The translations under genes were made by a program, and so were the position numbers. The notes under the pieces were generated by a model. That model saw nothing but the letters and a program-made list of their open reading frames with translations, was not told the origin of the DNA and searched no databases. From an uncultured Selenomonadaceae bacterium (GTDB lineage: Bacteria; Bacillota; Negativicutes; Selenomonadales; Selenomonadaceae), in NCBI GenBank assembly GCA_905235425.1, contig CAJOKY010000001.1, positions 1 to 37,204 of the forward strand: a stretch of DNA of 37,204 bases, read 5' to 3'. The stretch's first letter is position 1; each line of letters begins with the position of its first letter. Below are positions 8,875 to 16,889 of this stretch, in pieces.

Positions 8875-9519
8875 TTAGCGCTCCATATCTAACTTTTTTT
8901 TACGTTTAATTTCTTGATGTTCGGCTTTCTGCTCTGTGTCTTTTTTCTTATCAGCTTCTTGATTTTTTAAATTTTGGTTTTCAGCCGCTTCTCTCAGGTC
9001 GGATGGAAGATCTCTTTCTCTAATTCTATTATCGCCATTGTCACTATTGTTACCCGTCTCACTCTTCTTTTTATTTCCGACTTCTGGTTGAACCCTGATA
9101 CTATCTTCCCAAGCTTTTTTCTTCTCTTCAAATGTTTCCTTATTTTTAGACGCTTCTTTTACCTTAGAAGAAGTCGACTCAGGTTCATCATTTTTACCAC
9201 GTTTAAGACTTTCCACCCAATCTTTGGCTTTCCCTTTGATATTGACTACACTATCTTTAATTTTTTCTCCCAGATGTTTTCTAGGATTAGCGGCTTCGAC
9301 ATTGCTATTGCTTTTGTCTAACATCCCTAATTTTTCAGCAGTCGCTGATCCTTTTTCCGTCAAATGATTCTTTGATTGCTCAGGACTATTTTTTTTTCCT
9401 TCACTTTGTTCAAGATTTGCCGCATTTTTTGAAGATTCTCGCCCTTCTGGCATCGCTAAAATCTGATTGCGCGATGTTCTTTCAACATTTCCCGAACTTG
9501 TACCTTCAAAATGTTTCAA
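8875..9519 (-). CDS. Low-complexity K/E/S/N-rich, probably disordered protein
   Basis: 214-aa ORF. TTG start forms a TTGA overlap with the upstream ATPase stop, and GGGGAG lies ~9 nt upstream. No hydrophobic segment and no recognisable motif. Confidence 0.5.
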   Translation of the reverse strand: MKHFEGTSSGNVERTSRNQILAMPEGRESSKNAANLEQSEGKKNSPEQSKNHLTEKGSATAEKLGMLDKSNSNVEAANPRKHLGEKIKDSVVNIKGKAKDWVESLKRGKNDEPESTSSKVKEASKNKETFEEKKKAWEDSIRVQPEVGNKKKSETGNNSDNGDNRIRERDLPSDLREAAENQNLKNQEADKKKDTEQKAEHQEIKRKKKLDMER

Positions 9520-12500
9520 GTTTCGCTCTCCCCTTGTTTCAATATTTCATCTAAGGTATCCTCAAGATTCATTTTATAAATAGTCCCAAAGATAGAACTA
9601 TGATCCAGTCCAGTTTGACATTTGAGTGCCACCATATAGCAAAGCGCACAACGTTTAACTGTATCATTAACAGAGATATACTGATTAAGTGCCTTTTCCA
9701 TACGTTTAATCCAATCGTTCACCGCCAATTCGACTGAAGCGATAAACTCATCTTGTTCATAACCGTCCTTTGTAGACAAAATTTCCATAAAAGCATCTGG
9801 TGTACATATACCATTTTGTGGAATAATGTCAAAGAGACCTTCACAATTTATAATTTCCACAAACAGTTTCCCTAATTTTTCTTCTGTCATACTGCCAAAC
9901 TTTTTTAAAGACCTGTATAAATTCGTAATTTCTTCGAGTTCTGCTCTTCTGTCAACTGTCAAGGACGATGCACGAATAATATCATCTAACGGAGCAGTAG
10001 AAAATTTTTGAATACGTATTTGTTGGAAAAGTTCTTCTGCTAAACGCGACCGTACAAGCATTATCCGTTTCCGGTTTTCGATACGAAGTTCTGCCTCATA
10101 CTTTTTGGAATCCCAGAGTCCAACACGCATTAACACAGGTGATAACCACCCCTTTTGCATAACTGCAGCTACTCCTACGTTAAGTCTTGAAAGTTCCTTC
10201 ATTTGCTCTTCGTTAAGCGAAAGTGCACTGCCTAATTCTTCGCAAGCTTCCCTTGAAGGCGTGTTCATTATTATTTTAGTAGAAGTATTTTCGATAACAG
10301 AACTATCTACAGCCAATGGTGATTGATCGATGATCAAAAAACCTTCACCGTATGTTCGCATTTCTTTTATCGAATTGCTAATCATTTCTACAGATTTGCC
10401 AACCATATTAGAACCTTCCTGATTTTGCTCCTTGCTAGTACGTTTTAAAAGATTATGTGCCTCTTCCAAGACTGTTACGTGAGAAAGTTCATTGTCATGT
10501 CCAGAAGTAAACCCTGATTTACGACGCGCCTTTCTATATTCGCCAAGTTGCATAATCAAGAATCCCATTATTAATGCGATTGTTTCATTAGAGCCGACTT
10601 CACTTAAATCTATTACCGTGTTTTCATCAAAGAGTTTTTCGGTAGAGATATTGTTTGTACCCTTAAAAATTAACCCATTCAATCCTGTAGTCATCTCTTT
10701 TACGCGGGTTACTAAAGCTCCAATAAAATTTCCTTGAACTTCAGAAGAATATTCAGATTTTCCTATGAGCTCTGGTAAAATTGTAAGGACATCATCAAAA
10801 ACGGGATATTTTCTTTCACTAATTCCTTTTATCCAAATGGAATTTTTTAAATCCCATCCACATTTTACATAAGCTGAAACTACAGCTTCTTTCAGAATAG
10901 CTGGCATAGCTGAGTAAAGAGCCCAAGAGGCATTAAAAATTTGCATAAGTTGTTCAATATGTGAGAGAACGTGGATTTCTTCGGGAAATTGGAATGGATT
11001 TATCTTCAAAAGTTGATAAGAATTCAGTTCCGTCGTAAAAATATTTACTTGATTAAGATTTCCAAAAACCATTTTGTACTCACCTTTTGCTGGCTCTATT
11101 ACGAGAATTTTTATTCCAAGCGAAAGAAGTGAATCCAAAAGTTTATATGTAGCATAAGATTTTCCAGAGCCAGATGAACCCGTTATGAAACAATGAGATG
11201 CAAAAAGTTTTAAATCCATTTTTACAGGGCGTGTCTTTTCTTCGCTTCCCATGTGATAAATATTTCCTATAGATAATGCCACTTTGGGCAATTTATTTTC
11301 ATAAACAACGTCGCGTCCAAATTCCGCCATTTCTTGGACTACTAATCCCGACACGGATTTTCTTGGCAATCCCAAAAGCATAGCTAATTCGTTACCATTA
11401 ACTAAACTCGTAGGAGTAACAATCAGCTGAGAATATTCGTCATACAATTGAAGCGGTGCTTTTGGGTGTACCAAATTTTGCACATGAGATATAATCTCTT
11501 TAATTTGCTCTCCTTGATTATCGATGGCACTATTCCAAGAATTTATATGTGCACTTTCGACGTTAGTGTTTTCGCCTGTCATCAAAGATTTGTATGTTGT
11601 CGCTGCCAACATTGAAGTCGCAATATCGTTTGAAAAAAAATATGCACAACTTTCCCAAAGTCCATAAGCTTCGGAAACATCCAGTCGTTTAATCTGCTCT
11701 TCTATTTTCTTCATCAAGATAGAAACGCCTTTATTTTCATAATTTAAAGTCTTTGTTGTTGAGACCCCAAACGTTAAGGTTTCTCCCCTCTGTTCCGTGT
11801 TACCTTCAGATGTTCCTACACTGTTTGAAACGGTATGACTGAACGAAACGCCTGATGTATAGGAGGATGAACTGCTAGACGATGAACCGCTACTCGAATT
11901 CCAACTTCCCCAATTAAAACCGCTACTACTACTCGAACCCCACGAATTACTTTCTGTAGAACTAGAAGAAGTCCCGTTTGAATTTGAAATACTTTCATTC
12001 AACGATCTAGTAAACGAAACAGAAATACCTTTGTTGACGGCGTTACTTGAATTTTCGCCGTAAGCGTAAGAAAGTTTTGCATGCGGCGATAATGTAGAAT
12101 AAAGTTCCTCATAGCCATGTTTTTTTATAGCTAGATCTTCTTTTGTAAGTGGAACTGCAAGAAAAACTGCCGTATAAATTTTACCTCGCATCGCATTGAT
12201 AAATTTCTCAAGTCCTTGCACGAACTGATCTTTCTTGTCCTTATTACGAAGAGAAGGAATCATTGATACTGTTGCCAAACCTTTTAACAGCAATCGTCCG
12301 TCAAAAGAACTTGCCAGACCTCTTTGAAACGATTGAATTTCCTTAGCATCTAGAACATTTAAATGTATACCCGGAAAATTTCCATTTAAACCTGCATTAA
12401 GAATTTCTCCAGCAAGTTTTCCATCATTAGAACGCGTCGCAAAATAAAATTCTACGTTATCTGGTGAACCTTTTATAAAAATTCCAACTGTTACCGATAT

Positions 12501-12782
12501 ATTGTACAATGCGTTATAAACGCTGATTAATTTATCGGTAACATCTTCATTTTTATCCAAAACTATTTTGGTCATATGAAAGACACGAATATAGTCCGTT
12601 TTAAAAAGAACAGCACGAGTAGATTGTCTAGGAATTAAAAGACTGGCTTTGTTGAAATAATCTAAATAAGGGCGATTTATAAAGACATCGGCGACATTAA
12701 ATCCCGCCTCCATAGTTTTCAAATATTCTTTTTGCTCCATATAACTTTGGTGCAATTTCATTGGCATGCTATTGCTTGTCAT
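9516..12782 (-). CDS. Large HerA/FtsK-superfamily (DUF87-like) P-loop ATPase with unknown N-terminal domain and Ser-rich linker
   Basis: Walker A FITGSSGSGKSYA (~nt 11155-11185). Walker B VTVLEEAHNLL (~10450-10480). HerA-like GFLIIDQSPLAVDSSVIENTSTKIIMN. Likely start is ATG 12782, 8 nt after GAGGA; the track start TTG 12797 is the alternative. Confidence 0.8.
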   Translation of the reverse strand: MTSNSMPMKLHQSYMEQKEYLKTMEAGFNVADVFINRPYLDYFNKASLLIPRQSTRAVLFKTDYIRVFHMTKIVLDKNEDVTDKLISVYNALYNISVTVGIFIKGSPDNVEFYFATRSNDGKLAGEILNAGLNGNFPGIHLNVLDAKEIQSFQRGLASSFDGRLLLKGLATVSMIPSLRNKDKKDQFVQGLEKFINAMRGKIYTAVFLAVPLTKEDLAIKKHGYEELYSTLSPHAKLSYAYGENSSNAVNKGISVSFTRSLNESISNSNGTSSSSTESNSWGSSSSSGFNWGSWNSSSGSSSSSSSSYTSGVSFSHTVSNSVGTSEGNTEQRGETLTFGVSTTKTLNYENKGVSILMKKIEEQIKRLDVSEAYGLWESCAYFFSNDIATSMLAATTYKSLMTGENTNVESAHINSWNSAIDNQGEQIKEIISHVQNLVHPKAPLQLYDEYSQLIVTPTSLVNGNELAMLLGLPRKSVSGLVVQEMAEFGRDVVYENKLPKVALSIGNIYHMGSEEKTRPVKMDLKLFASHCFITGSSGSGKSYATYKLLDSLLSLGIKILVIEPAKGEYKMVFGNLNQVNIFTTELNSYQLLKINPFQFPEEIHVLSHIEQLMQIFNASWALYSAMPAILKEAVVSAYVKCGWDLKNSIWIKGISERKYPVFDDVLTILPELIGKSEYSSEVQGNFIGALVTRVKEMTTGLNGLIFKGTNNISTEKLFDENTVIDLSEVGSNETIALIMGFLIMQLGEYRKARRKSGFTSGHDNELSHVTVLEEAHNLLKRTSKEQNQEGSNMVGKSVEMISNSIKEMRTYGEGFLIIDQSPLAVDSSVIENTSTKIIMNTPSREACEELGSALSLNEEQMKELSRLNVGVAAVMQKGWLSPVLMRVGLWDSKKYEAELRIENRKRIMLVRSRLAEELFQQIRIQKFSTAPLDDIIRASSLTVDRRAELEEITNLYRSLKKFGSMTEEKLGKLFVEIINCEGLFDIIPQNGICTPDAFMEILSTKDGYEQDEFIASVELAVNDWIKRMEKALNQYISVNDTVKRCALCYMVALKCQTGLDHSSIFGTIYKMNLEDTLDEILKQGESET

Positions 12783-12945
12783 GATATTTTTCCTCAATTA
12801 CCACATTAGGATTTTGTTGGTGATCATCTGCGTCAAAAGGCTCATAAGCGGTGAATGTCGCTCCCTCTTCCAAAACATCCTGTAAAAGAAAAAATTCCTT
12901 GTATATGCTTTTTCTTCCTTTATCAAATTTTTCCTCTTTATTCAT
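12769..12945 (-). CDS. Small acidic ORF (58 aa), below the ORF-track cutoff
   Basis: Hand-translated: MNKEEKFDKGRKSIYKEFFLLQDVLEEGATFTAYEPFDADDHQQNPNVVIEEKYHDKQ. Its ATG forms an ATGA overlap with the ART stop (12942-12945), with TAGGTG 8 nt upstream. Its 3' end overlaps the ATPase start by 14 nt. Confidence 0.5.
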   Translation of the reverse strand: MNKEEKFDKGRKSIYKEFFLLQDVLEEGATFTAYEPFDADDHQQNPNVVIEEKYHDKQ

Positions 12946-13676
12946 TTGGTAACACCTACCGCTGTCATTTTTACACGAAACTTTCCTTTAACAAAATCTA
13001 TCCTATTTATAAGAAAACTTGTGCCGCGCTGTAAGAGAATTTCGCCCTCTGCCGCACCAAAAGTACCAACTGAACCCACACATAAAGCTTGACTTCCACG
13101 CGGAATACGAGCCTCCATTAACGCGCCTCCCAGTTCGCCAGAAAAGCCTTCAGCTGTTTTTTGTGAAAACGACATTGAAGAAAAACCTTTGTTTACATAA
13201 ACCATGCCTTCATATTTGGCTCTGAGTTCTCTTAACGACATTTTGAAAATATCAGACCCAAAAATTACCGTAGCACTATCTAGACCTCGATAAAATATCC
13301 CTTTTTCTTCCAACGACCTATTTTCAAGCAACTTAGTTAAAACCTCTATCTTTTCTTTAAGAGACTCTCTCTCTCTTGCGTTATAATTACCTCGCTCAGG
13401 AGCATAAAGAAGACGATTCATATCTCTATAGCCGTTATGTGTATAGTCCTTTATAACGTTTATTTCTTGAGCATCCAAACCCAATGCATCCTTGCAACTA
13501 AGCTCATCATAACTTTTTTTAAACTTATGTTTTGTTACAACGTCTTTAATGAGTCCAAATTCATTTTTAATCGAATATTGTCCGTCATCGGAAATTTCTT
13601 TAAAACAATCTTCAGCCAAAACTAAATGGGAACTATCTTTATCAATCGTTTTATATTTCTCTATGCGATTTGACAA
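12942..13676 (-). CDS. ADP-ribosyltransferase of the R-S-E (ExE; C3/VIP2-like) class; no signal peptide
   Basis: YTHNGYRDMNRLLY, FYRG (R130), GFSSMSF (STS-like, S166-S169), AAEGEILLQRG (E210-x-E212), with canonical spacing. The only available start is TTG 13676, and GAGGAG lies an unusually long ~16 nt upstream, so the start is uncertain. Confidence 0.8.
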   Translation of the reverse strand: MSNRIEKYKTIDKDSSHLVLAEDCFKEISDDGQYSIKNEFGLIKDVVTKHKFKKSYDELSCKDALGLDAQEINVIKDYTHNGYRDMNRLLYAPERGNYNARERESLKEKIEVLTKLLENRSLEEKGIFYRGLDSATVIFGSDIFKMSLRELRAKYEGMVYVNKGFSSMSFSQKTAEGFSGELGGALMEARIPRGSQALCVGSVGTFGAAEGEILLQRGTSFLINRIDFVKGKFRVKMTAVGVTK

Positions 13677-13719
13677 ATGCTATTCGTTCACTCCTCAGAA
13701 AGAAAATTTAAGTGCCAAT

Positions 13720-13748
13720 ATTATATTCCTAACTGATACTATGTTCAA
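13720..13748 (-). promoter_or_regulatory. Near-consensus sigma-70-type promoter driving the ART-to-TPR operon
   Basis: Minus strand reads TTGAAC, 17 nt, TATAAT. The -10 element ends ~44 nt upstream of the ART start. Confidence 0.6.
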
Positions 13749-13915
13749 GTCACTGAGCTGAATTTTTATCATGAACGTTAAAACATTTCAGCGAGATGTG
13801 GATGTGGGCAATACCATTGTTTACAACGATGAAATACTTCTACCCTACTTTTACATTCCTTTAGCCCCTTTTCTCTTTTTGCCGCCTTGTTAATTTTTCT
13901 TTAACTTGACTTACT

Positions 13916-13944
13916 TTGACATTTGGAAACTTTATTTTTAAACT
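13916..13944 (+). promoter_or_regulatory. Candidate promoter of the serine recombinase gene
   Basis: TTGACA, 17 nt, TAAACT. It is followed by the imperfect inverted repeat TTAAACCT-7nt-AGGTTAAA (13953-13975) and three TTAAAC(T/C)T copies, which could be a recombinase binding site or operator. Confidence 0.45.
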
Positions 13945-13996
13945 TATATTGATTAAACCTCCGTCATAGGTTAAACTTTAGCGGAGGTGATTTTTT

Positions 13997-14548
13997 ATGC
14001 GTGTTGGTTATGTTCGCGTTTCTTCTGTTGAACAGAACGAAGAACGACAAATTGTTGCATTAAAACAAAAAGCCGACGTTGAAAAATTCTTCGTCGACAA
14101 AATTTCTTCCAAATCTGCTAATCGTCCTAAGTTTGATGAGATGATGAATTTTTTACGCGAGGGCGATGAATTGATTGTTTCCGAATTTTCCCGCCTTGCT
14201 CGTTCTACCACCGATTTACTCAACATCGTTGATTCCTTGACTAAAAAAGACGTTAAAGTTCGCAGTCTGAAAGAGCAGTTAGATACATCTACTCCTCAAG
14301 GCAGATTTATGCTTACCATTTTCGGCGCTATTGCCGAATTTGAACGCGAATTGATTTTACAGCGTCAGCGCGAAGGCATTCAACTTGCTAAAGACGCTGG
14401 TAAATACAAAGGGCGCAATTCTAAGAAACGTCCCAAAGATTTTGATTTTTATAAACAAGGCTACTATGCCCGGCAATACACCGTTACCGAAATTGCCAAG
14501 CACTACAAAGTTTCTCGTCCCACCATTTATAAATGGTTGCGGGAATAA
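13997..14548 (+). CDS. Small serine recombinase (resolvase/invertase family)
   Basis: MRVGYVRVSSVEQNEERQ (catalytic Ser motif), C-terminal HTH VTEIAKHYKVSRPTIYKWL, 183 aa, GGAGGTGA RBS. Confidence 0.92.
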   Translation: MRVGYVRVSSVEQNEERQIVALKQKADVEKFFVDKISSKSANRPKFDEMMNFLREGDELIVSEFSRLARSTTDLLNIVDSLTKKDVKVRSLKEQLDTSTPQGRFMLTIFGAIAEFERELILQRQREGIQLAKDAGKYKGRNSKKRPKDFDFYKQGYYARQYTVTEIAKHYKVSRPTIYKWLRE

Positions 14549-14551
14549 TCT

Positions 14552-15199
14552 TCAAACTTCTAAAATCTCAAAAATTTCGTTGATGTTCGTACTTTTTTGT
14601 CCGATTAAATCCCAATCTATCTTTGTTTCCGTGACTGTTATTATCACGGATTTTTTTTCGTATTCATTTTCTATTAACTTTGTTCGATTCTTGATTCTTT
14701 CCAGCATTATTTTGTGGTGTCTTGAATCTTTATGCAAAAAATCATAAATCTTCGCATTTCCTTTAAAATTTTCTATATCTTTAAATCCAAAATTTTTTGT
14801 TATGTGTTGTTCAATGTTTCCGTCTTTATAATGCTCATCGTGCAAGCACGCCACGTACTCAAAATCCGGATTGTTCACCACGAGGAAATACGGCGGATAA
14901 CTCTTCTTCTCGTTTTGCATCCTGCAATAAGCAATCAGTTCTTTAAGGCTCTCTTTTTCTTGCGGTAATTGTTCTGCTCTGTCGCCGTCGATTATTATAA
15001 ACGTGGCTATCTTACCGTACTGTCCACTTTTTCTGATTTCTGTGAGAAAATTTTTATAACCGCCTCCGCGCATATTTATCGCCTGAATGCTTATTTCCAC
15101 ATTCGGCAGTTTCCTAATCGCGTCAAAGTAATTGTATTCCGTATCTCCTTCGCAATATACCACGATTTTCTTTTTTAACTGTCTCTGCGGCTTACTCAC
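14552..15199 (-). CDS. RloB/AbiLii-like (Toprim-related) protein
   Basis: N-terminal KIVVYCEGDTEYNYFDAI matches the CEGxxTExxYF hallmark of the RloB family. GTG start after GGGAGGAA. 8-nt overlap (GTGAGTAA) with the upstream ATPase gene. Confidence 0.7.
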   Translation of the reverse strand: MSKPQRQLKKKIVVYCEGDTEYNYFDAIRKLPNVEISIQAINMRGGGYKNFLTEIRKSGQYGKIATFIIIDGDRAEQLPQEKESLKELIAYCRMQNEKKSYPPYFLVVNNPDFEYVACLHDEHYKDGNIEQHITKNFGFKDIENFKGNAKIYDFLHKDSRHHKIMLERIKNRTKLIENEYEKKSVIITVTETKIDWDLIGQKSTNINEIFEILEV

Positions 15200-16442
15200 T
15201 CAACGTTCCTCCCAATACACCGCGCAAATAAAATTCGTAGAGATTGACTCCTGAATTATAGTCTACGTCCGTGAATTCTGCCAACGAATATATTTCCGAT
15301 TGCAGTGTTTCTACATTTTTCGTTACGAAGAAAATTTGCTCCTTCATATAATTTTCCAAATTCAAATGTAACACGTTGTGCGTCGTAAATATAAATTGCC
15401 CTTTATGTTCGCTACCGTGAATCAGTGATATTATTTTATCTGCCAATATTGGATTTAACGACCTGTCCATTTCATCTGCAAACAGTACTTTATTTTCATA
15501 TATTACCTTATATATCTGCACTGCCCATGCAAAATAATCTTTAAGTCCCGCCGAATCATCTCTTAACTCCCTGTTAAAAATTTTTCCGGCACTGTTTTTT
15601 CTTGTGATTACCGTGTCTTGATAAGGCAAGCGTTGATCCGGCTTTATCGTTTTTATGCTCGGGTCTATGATTCTTAAAATTTCCAAAAATCTTGGGTCAT
15701 TGATTACTCGCCAATCGTCGATGTTTTGAAAATAACTGCCCTTCATTCGCGGTGCGTCATAAATCTCCGACTCGACTATTAACGTATCGTTCACCCATTG
15801 ACTGAAAGCTACTGCTTCAGGGACGCCGAGCAACGCAAAGCGCGTTACATATAAGCCTATTACCGCCGTATCTTCCCTCGTCGTATTTTTTTCATATGAA
15901 TTTACTTTCACTTCATACAATAAGTTCGCGAATTTTAATTTGTTCGGACTCTTAACAAAATCGCTTAACTGCGGCTCTTTCTCCGCCCTAGTCACTAAAA
16001 AAATTTTTTTTCGTTTAGTTTCTTTGCTTCTTAAAACTTCCAGCTTTTCCGATTTTACTCCTAAAAAATCTATTTCCAAATCGTAGTAATACATCGTACC
16101 TTTTATAAGGACACCGAGTGAAAATTTTTGCGTCGTGTCTGCATATTTTAATTTTGAAAAATCTTCGGTGTAGTCATCGTTTATGTATTCGGACGCCGTT
16201 TCTACTTTTCTATTTTCTTTAAAAAAATTTTTAAGATATTGCAAGCTCTTTACAAAATTGGTTTTTCCTCCCGCGTTTTCTCCCACTATTACCGCTGTCT
16301 TCAAAACATCATGTTCATCTGAAAAATAATTATCCGGAAACAAATTTTTTATCCCGTCTTCTGTAGCCTTTAATGAAAAATTTGTTTCTTCTTTAAATGA
16401 ACAAAAATTTCTAAATGAATATTCTACCAGCAAAATTTTCAC
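15192..16442 (-). CDS. ABC/SMC-like AAA ATPase (AAA_15/AAA_21-type; AbiLi/AriA-like)
   Basis: P-loop GENAGGKTNFVKSL, Walker B/D-loop LFADEMDRSLNP, H-loop FIFTTHN. GTG start 5 nt after GGAGATGAG. Confidence 0.75.
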   Translation of the reverse strand: MKILLVEYSFRNFCSFKEETNFSLKATEDGIKNLFPDNYFSDEHDVLKTAVIVGENAGGKTNFVKSLQYLKNFFKENRKVETASEYINDDYTEDFSKLKYADTTQKFSLGVLIKGTMYYYDLEIDFLGVKSEKLEVLRSKETKRKKIFLVTRAEKEPQLSDFVKSPNKLKFANLLYEVKVNSYEKNTTREDTAVIGLYVTRFALLGVPEAVAFSQWVNDTLIVESEIYDAPRMKGSYFQNIDDWRVINDPRFLEILRIIDPSIKTIKPDQRLPYQDTVITRKNSAGKIFNRELRDDSAGLKDYFAWAVQIYKVIYENKVLFADEMDRSLNPILADKIISLIHGSEHKGQFIFTTHNVLHLNLENYMKEQIFFVTKNVETLQSEIYSLAEFTDVDYNSGVNLYEFYLRGVLGGTLSE

Positions 16443-16460
16443 CTCATCTCCATTTGTTCA

Positions 16461-16856
16461 TTATATCACATTATTCAGAGTTTCCGGGTTATCGGCATCA
16501 TATTTTTCATTTCTCAATGCGCCCAACATCTTCAATACTGATTCTGACGAGACATCCAAGTTTTCGCTTTTTATTCCTCTTTTTACCTGCGCGAAGATTA
16601 CTTCCATTTTCTCATTTTCCAATTTTTCTATCGCCACGCAAATTTCTTTCTCTTTTTCATTTAACTTTTTTCTGAACTCGCGTACTTCCTCCAATTCCTG
16701 ATTTTTCTTTTCCAATTTTTTCTCTATCGTTGCTAATGACTTCTGTTTCAAATATTTTTTCCTCCTCGTAATTTCCATTCGTCTACCAAGATTATCCGCC
16801 AATTCCTTCAAATTTTTTATTTCCGTTTCCAGCCGATCCATTCTTTCTCTTCTCAT
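16461..16856 (-). CDS. Small coiled-coil protein (relaxosome accessory, or first gene of the ATPase/RloB module)
   Basis: K/E-rich heptad-like sequence (LETEIKNLKELADNL..., KKLEKKNQELEEVREFRKKLNEKEKE). Probable start is ATG 16856 after GGTGAGAG; the track start is 16889. Its stop lies 18 nt before the ATPase start. Confidence 0.5.
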   Translation of the reverse strand: MRRERMDRLETEIKNLKELADNLGRRMEITRRKKYLKQKSLATIEKKLEKKNQELEEVREFRKKLNEKEKEICVAIEKLENEKMEVIFAQVKRGIKSENLDVSSESVLKMLGALRNEKYDADNPETLNNVI

Positions 16857-16889
16857 TTTTCTCTCACCTAAGGTCACTATACCATACAT

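Noticed and set aside
11816-11998. 60-aa ORF overlapping the Ser-rich region of the HerA-like gene
   Set aside because: It lies on the same strand but out of frame, within a region where the main frame is continuous with the conserved ATPase. It is an artefact of low-complexity sequence.
13771-13893. 40-codon plus-strand ORF (MNVKTFQRDVDVGNTIVYNDEILLPYFYIPLAPFLFLPPC) in the intergenic spacer
   Set aside because: No RBS precedes the ATG and no motif is present. It overlaps the region needed for the divergent promoters. It could be a gene remnant, but I cannot support that.
13677-14600. Invertible promoter switch driven by the small serine recombinase (Hin/Gin-like)
   Set aside because: I looked for matching inverted repeats flanking the promoter region or the recombinase gene. 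I found only a weak 8/10 match (near 13761-13780 versus 14571-14590), which is too poor to call by eye.
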